DNA of 64,000 nucleotides from Syncephalis fuscata S228 (GCA_025786725.1 JAHLTZ010000029.1:186001-250000); one strand, 5' to 3'. Positions 50,155-64,000 are shown, counted from the first letter of the stretch. Notes: a model not told the origin generated them from the sequence alone. A program made the numbers and translations.

Positions 50155-51538
50155 CGAGTTATATGTGATTGAAACCTATAACAATATAGTGGATTCAGTA
50201 TGTTACAAAATAATATACAATGGTATAGAAATACATTGTTGATATAGGTGGATAGAGTATAGATGCATACTGGATAATAAATCTATAATAATAAATAGTT
50301 TAAGCGCCGATGTCATTTACCACTCACCATCATGTTCAATAAATTGAATGCTATTAAACGTAGTCATTTGATCACTAAATCATACTGAATGTTTAATAAT
50401 GTTTAATGCTTACAAAAAAGGTTATTTTTATTTAATTAGTAAATGAAATGATATATACAAGCCATAAATCGAATGGCATTGTACATATAAAGATTATGAA
50501 CAAATTGAAATACAAATGAGAGAATTGTTCAAGTGATAGAACAAAACAAAGAATAAAAACAGTCGCGTAAAATGAAATACAACTATAGAACAATGTCATC
50601 AGTAAAACAATGGTGTAATAAGAAGCAGATAATTGCATGTGTAAAATATTACGACTTCATAAATGATGCATTACATTTGTCGATAATCAAGTTAATATTT
50701 TTGAATTCAATTGTCATTGCAGTACATTATTTTACCTCTGAATTTATTTACATTTCCATCTCTTATATGTTGTATTTTCCTATCTATATATATATTGGAT
50801 ACTTGGCTGTAAGCTAGAACTCAACAAGTCCTTCTTTCTTATATTATGCTAATTATTGTGTTATTATAGAATGAGATACTTTTGCCATATGTTATGATCT
50901 TTATGAGCAGTGTAGTGCCTATAGTTTACACTGTATCGATCATAAATTATATATGATGTAACAACTTGCCAATCCTTGTCTCTATCAATGTCATAAAATG
51001 TTCAGTTGTTCAATGTCATAGAAATCTGTGATATTTGATTTGTCTAACACTGTTATTTATTACAAGTGCACACACCAAAATTGCCAAGATCCGATGCAAG
51101 TTACATCAGGGCAAACATTCACCGCAGGTGATTGCTGATAAACCATAGATGCAAGTAGGTTTATAAAAGCCATAGTCATAGAACTTGTTACACGAACTAC
51201 AATAGTAGTAAATGTTCGGGTTTACGAGATGGGATAATGCCGAGGATTGATGTGTGATTAGTTCGGATATTATTACAAAACGCCGAGGATTAATGCATGA
51301 TTAGTCAAATATTCACCACAAACTTGGTTGTTTGCTATAACGCAGAATTGTCTAGCTGACTGGGCTCCTCCGTTTCGTAGACTGGCACTTACTAATCAAA
51401 TATTTAGATTCTCTCACGTTCCACATTGTTCCTTGGATTGTTTAAATAAATAAACTGCTCACGTCTAAAACAGTTTGCAATTATCATCGTCTTGTTTTCT
51501 ATTTGGTTCTACTACCATTCTTCACAGCTATCGTCGTC

Positions 51539-52169
51539 ATGACTATTGTCATTCCAAAGGAATTTGCCTATGTAATGACCAAATGAAATAATAGCACTTT
51601 GATAAACTAACGCTTGTGTTTCTGCCACTGCTATTAGGTTGCCTTGGCAGCAGCTTCTACCATCTTTGTCTATGTAGGACTAGGATTTTCGGTAGGCATT
51701 GCTCGCAAGAAGTATAAGGTACAATATCCAGATATGGGCTCAGGCATTTATGCTCAGAAACTAAGGTATTGCTTTATTCTACGTTGCAGTGACTGTGACT
51801 AACGCTTCAATGCCACTGTGACTATTAGCGAAAAAGATTGGATCGCGTTTAACAATGTAATGCGCAGTCATTTGAATTTGAGCGAACAAATCCCTGCCTA
51901 CTTGGTATTGTTACTTCTAAGTGGTATCTTCTATCCAACGGTCGCTGCATCCATTGGCTTCCTTTATACAGTAAGCAATACATACAGCGTAAAGTATTAC
52001 ATTAATTAATCTTGATATTTAATAATAGGGCGGCCGTGTTGTTTACGCCAAAGGCTACCAGTCTAAAGGTCCTCAGGGCAGATTTATTGGTGCCGGTATC
52101 TCTGCTCTTTCTATGATTTCATTGTTGACCCTAACGGTCGTTGGATCTGTTAAAACTATTACCGGTTAA
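51539..52169 (+). CDS. MAPEG family microsomal glutathione S-transferase 3-like
   Basis: MTIVIPKEFAY, VGIARKKYKVQYPDMG, FNNVMRSHLNLSEQIP, GRVVYAKGY..GPQGR. Confidence 0.9.
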
Positions 52170-52252
52170 TTTGAAGTAAATAAAGCAAAATCGCATGTAT
52201 TACTGCCTATATATGATGGATAGCCGATAGATAGCTGTTAAATGTCAATGTT

Positions 52253-55200
52253 TTATTCATGTGCAAGAACGCTGTAGAAAGACGATCCGCAGTAAATACA
52301 AGCGGGTGCCAACTGTTCTATAATACCATCAATAAGTAAAGAAGACGACTTATTTGTATTGTTTGTATTGTTTGTATTGTTTGCATTGCTATTTAAAGAT
52401 AGCCAGCTAGGCGCTATAGTTTTAGCTTGACAAGTTACGCATGTACGCAAAGAATGAGAAAGCTGTGGTATCTGTAAAGTGACCGTACAACGATCTGTTA
52501 AATAAAACATTAATTAGCATAATGATTGTAAGTATGCATCATCTTACTCCATCGATGGCCTCGTGGACACTCCCAACGGATAAAGATTGGATAGAATTGT
52601 ATCTTTGCAAACGGGACAACACTCTACAGTGTTTTCTATGGCTGCCCATAGCTTTAGAGAAATTAAACGAGTTTTTAGTGCATTGGCTAGCGCAGTGAAT
52701 AATGATTGATGGGCACTTGATATGAATTTGGCTGATGCTAAAAGTAAATGGCAAACCAGCATTGATTCTAATAAAATAGATTAGAAGTGTTTATACTGTA
52801 TTTTGGCATATTACCATTTGACAATAAAAGAGTGTCTAGCTGGGATGGTGTGTAATAAACTGGAGTAAATTGTATAGATGTTGTGAAAAAAGATGTGCTT
52901 GCATAGCCTCATAATTGTTTTAGTATCCTTTAATATGGATAAAGTCCAGTTGTGATGTTGTGTTTGAGACTATATATATATGTTGTATGTATATTATAAG
53001 TATTATAATAGTAAATAATATCTATAAACAAATACTTGCCATGATACAATGAATCAAATAATACAAATCACGCTGGGCTATTGATGATTGACACCAAAAG
53101 TCATTTGCATTCTTATTATTATTACTAAATAGATGGACAATTGTGTTAAACAATACTAATATCGTAAAATGGTAAATTACCTTTTTGCATTAGATTGACC
53201 AATTTGTTGTTTTAATAAAACAAAAGCTTTTAATATTGGAGCCAGTGTTAATGATGGATCTTGCGGTTCTTCATCCACTCCATAAATACACTGATCTAAT
53301 AGATCCCAATAACGCATTGATGGTGATATATCTAATGTCGATAAATTATATTAATTAAATAACCACAATATTAATACTATTACATACCGATGGGCAAGTG
53401 TTGTATCGCTTGAGCTTGCAAGTCGGCAAATTCAGATGACCAAGGAGAATTAGATAGAAACAATCCTACATGCAATAGCTCTTCATTAAGTAGGCCATAA
53501 TTAAGCCTCATGGGCCGCACCCCACTACAGTAACCATTAAATGTTAATAGCATTATTTACAGCATTTACAATGCTTACAAATAAATTACGGTAGTATATA
53601 TACTATGATATGTAGTAACTAGTCCATGGACACGTGGCTCAATTATATTGAATCGATTACTAAGAGCAGCTGTATTGGTCTGACCGGCATCACCAATGCC
53701 TCCACGACTATTCTGCGCACTATCCTCTTCTTCTTCACGAAATGTATTAATATGATGAGATAGCAGCTTCATTATTCGCTGCGTCAATTGACTAGAAGCC
53801 TGTGTATCTACCATAATAGTTGATGGTTGTAGCTGAATGACCTCGATGCATTCAAGATCCATTGAAATAACCTTTAACATTGTATCTGACATCCATGTAA
53901 TTGCTATAACAATTCAATGACGTAAATATCATTATGGATAGTTAGATAATTACAGCCTACTCTATTACACATATGATTATTTACCAGTAATAGGCATGGT
54001 GCCTTCAATTAAATGAGATAGTAGCGATGATGATGATGACGATGACGATGATGATTGATCTGATTGCCATACATAAAGCATCGTACTTTTAGCAATAGCC
54101 AGTTGTTGATAAGTGCGAGTAGCACGAGTGGCTAGTCTACTGCACCATTTCAATACTGTACATGGACGTCCATCAGCGGTTAATATTTTTTCAACAAGTT
54201 CTACCTTAATTTCTGGAATATCATCCAGTGTTTTTAATAAAGAGATTGTCACTTTCCAAATTGTAACACTGCCCATGGCACAGGCTGTCGCCAAATAGGC
54301 CATCTCTATCGATGCAGCTTAGCTTGCTATATTAATAAGGTGATGTAATGCTTGTACAATACCTTGTTGGTCCGTATGGATCCACGGTGACCAAGCCATT
54401 AATGATACCCATGTAGTATGGGCCTGTTCGATCATTACAGATACAGCCAACTGCTGGGTTCTCTTAAACCAACTGCATAGATTAATTAGCTAGTAGATTA
54501 AATACAATTCATAACCTACGCCCATAGCTCTATCTGTCCTGTTTGATATCCAACAGCCAGACAAGCAGGTATTTTATTATTTCTAACAATTTGTTCTGAC
54601 CAGGCCAAAGCTAATAATAGTTTAAATAAATTGACCAACTACTAGCCATGTGCTCATTATTACCTGTAGCTTGTAAATGAGCCAGTTTAGTATTTATAGG
54701 AAATACCAATAACTAGCCATTATAAGTAGTTGTCTACTTGTATTATTTAACATAGCTCACCTCATACCATGAAAAGGTAGCTGGATGTTGCTGTGGTGCG
54801 TAAATAATAATCTTTCTTCCTGTATCGGCAATTGCCGTAATCAAACATCTAATATTTAATTAATACAACAACAATATCACTATTAATAGTAAACTACCCT
54901 TCATAAGATGAACATCCTATGGGTGACCATTGAACTTGATGAAATCCACGCGGTCTTAATATCATTTCTACACATTGATTAATACTAACGTAACATTTAA
55001 ACATGTATACCTTCTGATATCATAATTTCCATCTTTCTCTGTTCTTCAACAGCTACACCTGTCACTTCCGTAATATCTCTACGTATGATTGTTTGATGGA
55101 AAGACGGCCTTCCCATTTGTTGACGGCCTTCATTAGGTGTCTAATCATATCCGTTTATTGATAAATTGAAGCGATATCCAACTGGACAACACCCACCAGA

Positions 55201-55319
55201 ATAAACAATGTACTCCTAGTAACTACAAGTAGTTGGTGGTCGTTTGACCAGTGAAGCGCATCCGGTCCAAAAGGATGTTCGTTTAGTATAATATTTTCTG
55301 GTATATCTGTATCCATCAT
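52253..55319 (-). CDS. TFIIIC beta-propeller subunit (GTF3C4/Tfc8-Sfc9-like) with C-terminal Cys/His zinc region
   Basis: N-terminal DALHWSNDHQLLVVT..LFIL-TP, WD-like VQWSPIGCS, LAWS, LMAWSPW and VLKWC segments, and C-terminal ECCPVCKD..RCTVTLQI..LRTCVTC..CIYCGS. Confidence 0.72.
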
Positions 55320-55548
55320 ATAGACATTAGTGGGACAAAAAGAATAAAAAGACGAGAAAACAAAAGACACGTTGTCAATAACAATAGTTGGCAATATCCA
55401 TAATAGTGACAATAGCGTTAGAATCTGTAGTTACAGCATTTCTTTCTAATAGTATTCTTGTTTCTATTCATTCGCCTTATTCACATACGGTAAGTACTTT
55501 GATACTTAATAATGTTGAAGTAGATTTATAACTGAGTGCTAGATTGCT

Positions 55549-57021
55549 ATGAATCCGTATTCTTCAGCTCATGGCGGCGGTGGTCATTATCCTGCGTCAT
55601 CGTCGGGTGGCGACCCTGACCGACACAATGACTATCGACAAACGCCACCACCGCTACAACATCCACATCCAACGCATCCACCAGTATCACTACCAGAATC
55701 AAGTGTATCGCCACCTATAGGCTATGGCCAACCACCATTACCGTCACAGCAACAACAACAACAGCCGGGCTATGGACAACCGTCGCAACTACCTTATGGT
55801 CAGCCACCACACCAACACCAGCAGCAACACCAACAGCAGCATGGGCAGTATGGTGCGCCTTCTAACGGATTTCCATATAATGCAAGTCAATCTGGTGGTT
55901 TTACTGATCAATTTGGCAATATGATGTCTGTTAATGATTTGGGCATGGCCGGACAACTAGGCATGCAATTTGGTCGATCAGCCGTGTTAGCTGGTAACGA
56001 CTACGTACAAAAAAATGTAAGTAATAAGTGCAGATATAGTATAATAATTAAATATAATGTATTAATAACACCCATGCTATTATTATAGTTTGATCGATTT
56101 ATTCCAGTATCTAGTTTAAAATACTATTTTGCCGTTAGTAATACGTATGTTATCTATAAGTTGGCTATTTTATTATTCCCCTTCCGGCATAAGGTAGGTT
56201 GTAAGACATTAAATAAATAACTACTAACGGATGGAATAGCCGTGGTCAAGAATGGCGCGTAGATCCGAAGAAAATGGCCAGATGGAGGGATACAAACTGC
56301 CACGGGAAGATATTAACGCACCTGATATGTATATTCCAGGTAAGTAGTCTATTATTGATATAATTAATAGACGTTTTATTTATAAATAATGGCATCTAGT
56401 TATGGCATTTGTTACGTATGTTCTATTGGTCGGTATTGTTGTAGGCCGTGAGGATAAGTAAGTATTGGATAGCAGTGTTATAACTAGTCTAATCTAATTA
56501 TGTATTAATTATTAGATTCGACCCAAGTATATTGGGGTTGACGGCAACAACGGCTATTGGATTGGTAGCACTTGAAGTGGGATTACTTAAACTTGGCTGT
56601 TATCTTTTGAACATTACAACGGATATTCAGTTTTTGGATTTGGTTGCTTATTGTGGTTATAAATTTGTTGGGTAAGTAGTAATGTAGATTGTCACTTATT
56701 ATTGACTTATTCGAGAATAGTGTGATATTTACGGTTTTGATCCAATTTATCTTTCCCGGTCGTGGTATGTGGATTGCCTTTGCTTATACGTGTATGGCAA
56801 TTGGGTTCTTTTTATTACGGTCATTGCGATACATTGTACTGCCTGACTCGTCAAATACACCATCAACCGTGTTGAATCCACAACGTAAACGACGTGTGCA
56901 CTTTCTATTTGCCATGGCTACCTTGCAGCTTGTTTCTATGTGGTTCCTGTCCATAACTGTTAATCCAATTGAGACTGTTCCAACCAAACCCATAGGCGGC
57001 ACTGCTCCGACGTCAACATAA
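55549..57021 (+). CDS. YIF1: YIF1/Hrf1 ER-Golgi membrane protein
   Basis: [75 protein letters not shown]. The N-terminus is P/Q-rich. Confidence 0.93.
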
Positions 57022-57630
57022 GAGTATTGTTAATAAAAGTAATAGTGCTAAGAAAGATATAGAATGGTACTGAATGGCTATTACTATAATTGGTATAACA
57101 AAATAAATAATACTATTTTGTGTTATATTTTGATATAACTAATGTAACTAACATGTATAATACTATTTAATTGTTTATATTTTATGGATACTGAAACTGT
57201 AACTATGAGCTATATTTTAAAGCACTTTTTATATATTGTCTATTATATATTTGTTGTTGTAGAGTGAATTATTTTAAATATATAGTATAATTTCTATAAA
57301 CAGTACAATTAGTCTTGTTATCCTTTTATTTGAACATAGGCTAGTATATTGATGCAACTATTGTAACGTACAATAAGGGCGTTGTAATAGCTCTTAAACA
57401 GTCGCTTATTTCTTTTAATAGCTTGAATTCGCATACTAATAAGTATTTCATCTTATAATTCAAACTATATACGGCAAACTATACTTTTCTCTTTATTTGG
57501 TTATTCTGAACAACTTACTAGTTATATTCTGTACAAAAGAAACAACTATAGCTGCTTTACCATTACTTTAACGATAGCTCATTGTTAGCTTTCAATTCTA
57601 AAGTGGTTCACGCCTGATTGCTGGCACAGT

Positions 57631-59827
57631 ATGGATGAAGATTTCGACCAGGAATTGCTTTATCCTGTAGGACCGTATGAAGGGTATACACTGGATAGCG
57701 CAGAAGAAGAGTCAACGGAAGATGAAGAGGATACTTTGGATGATATGGAAGAGCATATGATGGATAATGAAGAAGAATACGGTAAGTGTTATGGCTGTCA
57801 CTATATAAAATAGTAGTTTATCTTAAATAATTGCTCAAGATTCAGATTCAAATGGTATACCACGTAACAAAGTAATTATTTATCTATTTATACGTATACT
57901 GGTGTTGATATATTGTTGAAAATTAGAAATTCAGAGTGACGCAAGATGATGTAGCACGTGGTATTGACATTGTAAATAGACTGAATAAATGACATATTCA
58001 ACGGCTAATACATGAATTGATACTCTAGCAAGGTATTGATTGGTCCAGTTTGCCAATGGGTCGCCAGGATTTCCGTGATAATCGGTAATTAGTTGTAATA
58101 GGAAACGGTTAGACTTGGTCATTTATTGGTGAATCATTAGAGTGGCTACATTTGAAAACTTTAGAGGTTTACACATACCCGATAGTACAATCAAAGATGT
58201 AGGTGGTGTATAAATAGATTGGTAGACAGAAGAATGTTATTAAGCATAAAAATCAAATAGGAGATTTCTACAGTAGAAACCGATGGTGAATTTTATAAAT
58301 TTCGATATTCAGACTTGACAGAAAGATGTATGGCTCCACACTTTCAGTTGCGTAACCATTTATGGGCTACGAGTAAAAATGATGTATTTTATAGCGGTAA
58401 GTTGCTTTATCTACTTACTTGTTTATTAATAAGTATTGTGGACAATTAGCTGTTAACAAGGTATGTCGTTGGAATCCATTGGGCTCGCCCCGTCAACCAC
58501 CTCCACAGCCAAATACCCATCGAATGGGCGATTTATATCTACCCATGACATTACATCACTGTGCTGCAAGTATGGCTTTATGTTTGTAGGCGGTAATTAT
58601 CTTTATTTATTATTACATGGCCAGTTGACCCATTTATGTATTTATAGGATGGAGCGGTGACTACTATTGGGAGCCATTGGATATGGATAGCGATAATATG
58701 GATAGTCAAAAGCGTTACAATGCTATCGTTCCGGCAGAGAATAGCATCACCAACTATGTTGATATTATACGACAAAGATCGGGCAGTGGGTTACTAAACA
58801 AGTGTAAATATTCGTGTTAATCTGTTTTATTGTTAAATATTGCAGCATTAGTGGCAAGTAATGATAAGAATGTACGTATAATCGATATGGCAACTCGAAA
58901 TATTTTATCAACATTTACATTTTCATGGGATGCCAATGTAATTATTAATTTATATGTATTTTAAATGATTTGAATACTTATTGTAAATGATTGAATTTAT
59001 CAATTAGTGTATTGCTCAAAGTCCCGATACTCGTTTATTTTGTGTAGTTGGTGATGATTTGGATGGTTTAATTATTGATGCAAAATCCGGTCAACGTAAA
59101 TAACCGTAATGACAATTGAGTTAAGCATTGTTACTAACGGGTAGATTACTAGGTGTCAGCAAATTAATAGGACATATAGACTATTCATTTGCATGTAGTT
59201 GGAGTCCAAATGGACTAGTGATTGCGACTGGAAATCAAGGTAAGTGGCTATAATTACAAATATATTTGCAAATATATAATACTAACAACAACAACAACAA
59301 TAATAATAATAGATAAAACTACTCGGTAATTAATATATACATAATTATAATAGTTGCTAGTTCTAATTCATACTTTAGATTATATGATGTGCGTAAATTG
59401 TCGGATTCCTTTGCCGTGCTAAGCGGATACATGGGTGCTATTCGATCTCTTCGATTTTCAGATGATGGCGCATTTCTAGCTATGGCAGGTAAGTATGGTA
59501 TTGTAATGTTAATACATCGCTTTCTAGTTTATTATAATCTAATTTATAATGTTAGAACCGGCTGATTTTGTACATATCATTGAAACAAGAACATGGAATC
59601 GATCGCAAGTTATCGATATGTTTGGTGAAATTGGAGGCATTTCTTTTACGCCAGATGATGCCACTAGTTTATTTATCGGTAATGCCGACTCTGGATTGGG
59701 GTAAGCAATGAAACAAAGAGATAAATTATTGGATGGTAATATTAATAATGACAACAAAAAATATAGTGCTATAATGGAATATGAACGAAACTGGGCATCC
59801 TACGATGCTACAGAATGGTTACCGTAA
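57631..59827 (+). CDS. WD40-repeat protein (SPBC2A9.03/DUF2415-type), many exons
   Basis: HFQLRNHLWATSKNDVFY, ASNDKNVRIID, GHIDYSFACSWSPNG..ATGNQ-DKTT-RLYDVR, MGAIRSLRFSDDG..LAMA-EPADFVHI, FGEIGGISFTPD. Confidence 0.85.
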
Positions 59828-61237
59828 CGTGTTAGCTATAGTAAAATGTTAATACAACAAAAATTATGATGTATGGAAAGAGTAATTGATATTTCTAGAC
59901 CAACAACCATTGATTTGTTGCATTGTGAGAGGTTACAGCATGAACTACTTTCACATAGCTTTGTATTACGATTTAAAGTACTTCTATACCATGTAGATTG
60001 ACAAAATAAAATAAAGACGTTATATTTGTTAGAATCATTGATGTCCAATATATAATGACTAAAAGGAAGAGAAGAGGATATACAAGCTGTATTTATTGAT
60101 TATTTAATGAATGTATACTATATACAAACCAGGAAAATTACAGCTTATAACATTAGCCATTTTTGATTTTGTTTTAATGTCTTTAATTTTATTAATATTG
60201 TGCAATTTAGCCAGCATGTTTTACAATTATTACTTTATGGTCAATTTCTAAAAATAAAATAAAAACTGATCAATCAATCGCTAAAGTGGAATATACTAAT
60301 CATTATTCTGTTTGTACTAAAATCATTGTTTAATTTATTTACTTAAACCGCAAGCTGGTAATGACAGTGACATCGTAATCGGTACATAACATAACGTAGC
60401 ATTTTTTAGAAAATGGAATCACGTGCTTATTGCAGTAAACTTGCGTAGACAAGTTTGTATAGTTGGATAGACCCAATTACATTCACGTGGGTCAGTAGTA
60501 TAATAGCTTATTAGCCAAATAGCTAAATAGCCCAAGACTGCTACCAAAACTTGGTGTATACAAAGCCAAATGGTGCGGCATCAAACAACTTTATTTCTCT
60601 ATTAATACGCATTTAATTTATGCTTGATTAAAAGTTTAACCAATAGCTCAACTATACTACAATATTCATTTATAGATTTATTGTTTATTTTGTCTAAAAA
60701 GCTGTCAATATCTTTCATTGGTTTACTGTTCAGATTTAGTAAATTTATGATAGTGGAGTTTAATTTTTTGTTCTCCTTGTTCTTTATTAGCCCCAACTTT
60801 AATAGCACGACATATTTAATATGGCTTTGCATCCACTTTAGCTATATCAATCACAAAAGTCACAGCACTGAAATAGATAACATTGGTAAAAAAAACCTTA
60901 TAATAATATAAATAAATAAATATAAATAGAATAAACAATAAAACAAACAACATCTAATAGTCAGTAGTGGTTGTTTGGTACAAAAAAGTTTGGTAACAAT
61001 AAGTACTAAATTACAAAGGAGGATTGTATATCTATTTGTATGGGTGGATAGGTATCCTTCATCATTGGCCGTAATTGACACCTTACACTGTTTGATTGGC
61101 TAATATCTTCTAGACACCGATTCCCTTTGATCTGTCTGTGAATTAAATAGAACAAGACTCGGCTGATACGTTGGTAGTTGTTACTTCTCGCAGTTGTTTC
61201 TTTATTGATTGATACACACACATTAACTATTTCCATC

Positions 61238-62235
61238 ATGGAACAGATTAAAGATTATACCTCTGCATTTGAAGATGTGCTTGACAAAATTGCTTCTCCA
61301 TTGAAGCCACATATTCCAGTTATTGGTCGATTCCTACTGGTGGTGACCTTTTTCGAAGATGCGCTCCGTCTTGTATTCCAGTGGACAAGTCAGCTAAACT
61401 ATCTTATCTATACTCAGGGTATGCCTAGTTTCATTGCCTACCTGTTCCTTATCTACAACATTCTTGTAAGTAATAGTTGTAGGAATAGTAATCTATAGTG
61501 TGTGTGTGTGCACATACATATATATAGATGCAGTGTTGTAAACGTAAAATATTAATTGACGCGCACGTACACGAGCTTTATATTTTGTATTAGCTATTTA
61601 TTAACTACTTGATAATAACATTTTGACAATAATGATATAATTTATAGGCTATGACAATTGCCGGTGGTATGGCCATCGGAAAGAAGCGTACCGAAGTTGC
61701 TGTGGGCGTTCTATTTTCCACAGTCATTATCCAGGCACTCGGCTATGGTCTAGTATTTGAATGGCACTTTTTGCTACGTAGCGTTTCGATTATTGGTGGC
61801 TTGCTTATGTTGCTGGCCGATTCGCTTGCTCGTCGCAAGACACTATTTGCCGGTCTACCTTCCGTCAGCGAGACCGACAAAGCAACCTACTTGCAACTTG
61901 CCGGCCGTATTCTCCTTGTCTTCTTGTTCCTTTCTTTCATTCTGTCGGAGGACACGTCAGCACTTCGTATTGCCTTTTCGGTTATCGGTTTTGTTGCTTG
62001 TGTCATGGTCGTTGTAGGCTTTAAGGCCAAGTGGTCAGCCTTTTTCCTTGTTATCTTCTTATCCATCTTCAACATTATCATCAACAACTGGTGGAGTTTC
62101 GACAACGACCATCCACACTACGACTTTGTCAAATACGACTTTTTCCAAATCCTAAGCATTGTTGGCGGTCTTATATTGTTGGTCAACCAAGGACCAGGCA
62201 GTCTATCGGTAGACGAGAAGAAGAAGCAGTTCTAA
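61238..62235 (+). CDS. ERV29: ER cargo receptor Erv29/SURF4
   Basis: PLKPHIPVIGRFLLVVTFFEDALR, YLQLAGRILLVFLF, VVVGFKAKWSA, KYDFFQILSIVGGL..GPGSLSVDEKKKQF with a di-lysine end. One intron. Confidence 0.96.
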
Positions 62236-62610
62236 GTCTTTTTTCATACTAATTTCAATGCATTATTGAAATCGCATGATTTTGAGTTAATAAAAAGTGC
62301 GTGTGTGTATGTGCGTATGGCTAATAATAACAATAATAGCAATAATACTTGATAGTAATTGGTACTAGTAATATTGTAATAGTATTTAATAATAATATTA
62401 ATAATAATGGTAATAATGTAATAGTAGTTGTTGTAATTTATAACAACAGGGGTCTATAAACTGTATAGTTTTTGTTAAAATTTTATTTTATTTTTTCATA
62501 CTACAAAATTGGCGCGTTGTTTGACGAACTGCCGCTGGTACCTTCTCTTTCTTATTCACTCCTGCTGCCACCGCTTGTTGTTGCGCAAGATTGACAGGAC
62601 ATTTGTCGAC

Positions 62611-64000
62611 ATGACTTCGTAAGTATACAGTTGTATGGTTGATTAACAGTTGTATAGCAAGAGAGGACACTTTCGTCTCTGCTATAGGTGCGCGGCTCGT
62701 CCGGCCAGTGAACAGTGTCCGTCATACTATATCTACAATTGTGTAGCAATAGTATGCGCAAACACTGTTTCCACCGCCTACTGCTTTGTAAAACAAAGCA
62801 AGTAGTGAATCTCCATCGATCTGGTCAGATCATTGACAGTACCAATTGTCTATTGACTGATCGGGATTTGAGAATAGGATAGCAACGGCTAACGCCAAAT
62901 GCATCCTTTTCTTTAAATAAATGCTTTTTGATCATCACTGTTGCAATTATAGTCTACTGGCTGTATGTTATGATTGCAACTAGTGGTGCATCTAAACTCC
63001 CGGATGCGCTGTATTAATTGCATGCGTGTATCTGGGGATATGTTGGTGCAAATTAGAGACAGCATGTACTGTCATCTTTTGCTTCAATGAAATGCATTCG
63101 TTCGGAAGGCCTACATCAATCTGTGGTGTTTATTTGCATATAAAGCAAATGATATACATCCAGCATACATGATTGTATGGCTACCGCCGACGTATTTGCC
63201 GCCACCAGCATTATGCTGCTGTGTGTGTGCGTTACCTGGCTTGCGTGTCTACCGTGTACTGAACTGTTATCTTTCTTTCTTATAGCACCACCACTGCTAC
63301 CATCAAGCAGGTCCTCGCCCCAGAGACCTTGCTCAAGAAGCGTCAGGTCAACGAGAAGACCCGCGCTGCCAAGGTTGCCGCCGCCGCTAAGAAGCGCATT
63401 GTAAGTAGTAATATCATGGATGATTTGTTGTATATTAGTAGAAGCATATAGCATATATAGCATTCAAACACATTGCAATGATGACATTCTTTTTCAGGAC
63501 GGCTAGCTACGGCGATGTTGCTCTGTTAACCATCTTTCGGGACTGAAGCAATGTGTTTATATGCTATATACTATATGCTATATACTTTACAACTATTAAT
63601 GCATAGCATTTATACTTGTTTAACACTCACTAACCAACTATAATTGCTTTTATAGGCTGCCCGCAAGGTCCGCAGCGATATCTTCAAGCGTGCCCAGCAA
63701 TACGTCAAGGAGTACCGCCAGAAGGAGCGTGAAGTCATCCGCCTTAAGCGTGTTGCTCGCACTGACTCCAACTACTATGTCCCAGCTGAGGCCAAGGTTG
63801 TCTTTGTCGTCCGCATCAAGGGTATCATGAAGATGGCCCCCAAGCCACGCAAGGTTCTCCAGCTTTTGCGTTTGCGCCAAATCAACAACGGTGTCTTCCT
63901 TCGCATGACCAAGGCCACCGCCAACATGCTCAAGTTGGTCGAGCCATACGTCACCTATGGCGAGCCAAACCTTAAGTCCGTTCGCGAATTGATCTACAAG
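62611..64000 (+). CDS. RPL7: 60S ribosomal protein L7 (uL30), truncated by the window end
   Basis: Exons 62611-62618, 63286-63400 and 63656 onward give [98 protein letters not shown], with strong codon bias. Confidence 0.97.
63471..63553 (+). ncRNA. Intronic box C/D snoRNA (snR39/snR39B-like) in RPL7 intron 2
   Basis: Box C ATGATGA at 63478-63484 and box D CTGA at 63543-63546. A terminal stem aaacacattgc/gcaatgtgttt closes it. The guide CCATCTTTCGGG is complementary to the conserved LSU rRNA CCCGAAAGAUGG, and the D+5 rule points to its G (yeast Gm805 equivalent). Confidence 0.88.

Noticed and set aside
60418-60490. Two TCACGTG E-box-like sites upstream of ERV29
   Set aside because: They are ~750 bp from the ATG and too short to support a regulatory call.
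60602-61081. Overlapping 73-95 aa ORFs in AT-rich DNA
   Set aside because: They are low-complexity I/K/N/L/F-rich translations with no motif and are likely spurious.
63116-63880. Minus-strand ORFs over RPL7
   Set aside because: They are antisense open frames caused by the strong codon bias of the ribosomal protein gene.

Overview
This is gene-dense, AT-rich eukaryotic DNA with many short (~45-80 nt) GT-AG introns. It is most consistent with an early-diverging fungus; Zoopagomycota/Syncephalis-like is my inference from gene style and the secreted kinase-like gene. About 26 intron-containing genes can be reconstructed: ArfGAP, LaeA-like methyltransferase, ADAT1/TAD1, ELYS, an alpha/beta-hydrolase, FYRN/FYRC TBRG1-like, EBP2, HPM1, two Uds1 coiled-coil paralogs, two tandem cystathionine gamma-synthases, a 7TM-like protein, isoaspartyl peptidase, ICP55, EFM5, MAPEG GST, a TFIIIC subunit, YIF1, a WD40 protein, ERV29 and RPL7 with an intronic C/D snoRNA. 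The standout is at 38854-41000 (- strand). An ~83-bp degenerate tandem repeat there is an array of spliceosomal introns separated by 3-nt exons (TAG-NNN-GTAAG). Seventeen 3-nt exons, one 9-nt exon and one 15-nt exon join a signal-peptide exon to a transmembrane exon in one stop-free frame of 110 aa. The predicted mature ectodomain is therefore spelled out about one codon per exon. It lies next to a secreted pseudokinase-like gene in a putative effector island. Many genes carry single-base deletions, probably assembly errors.
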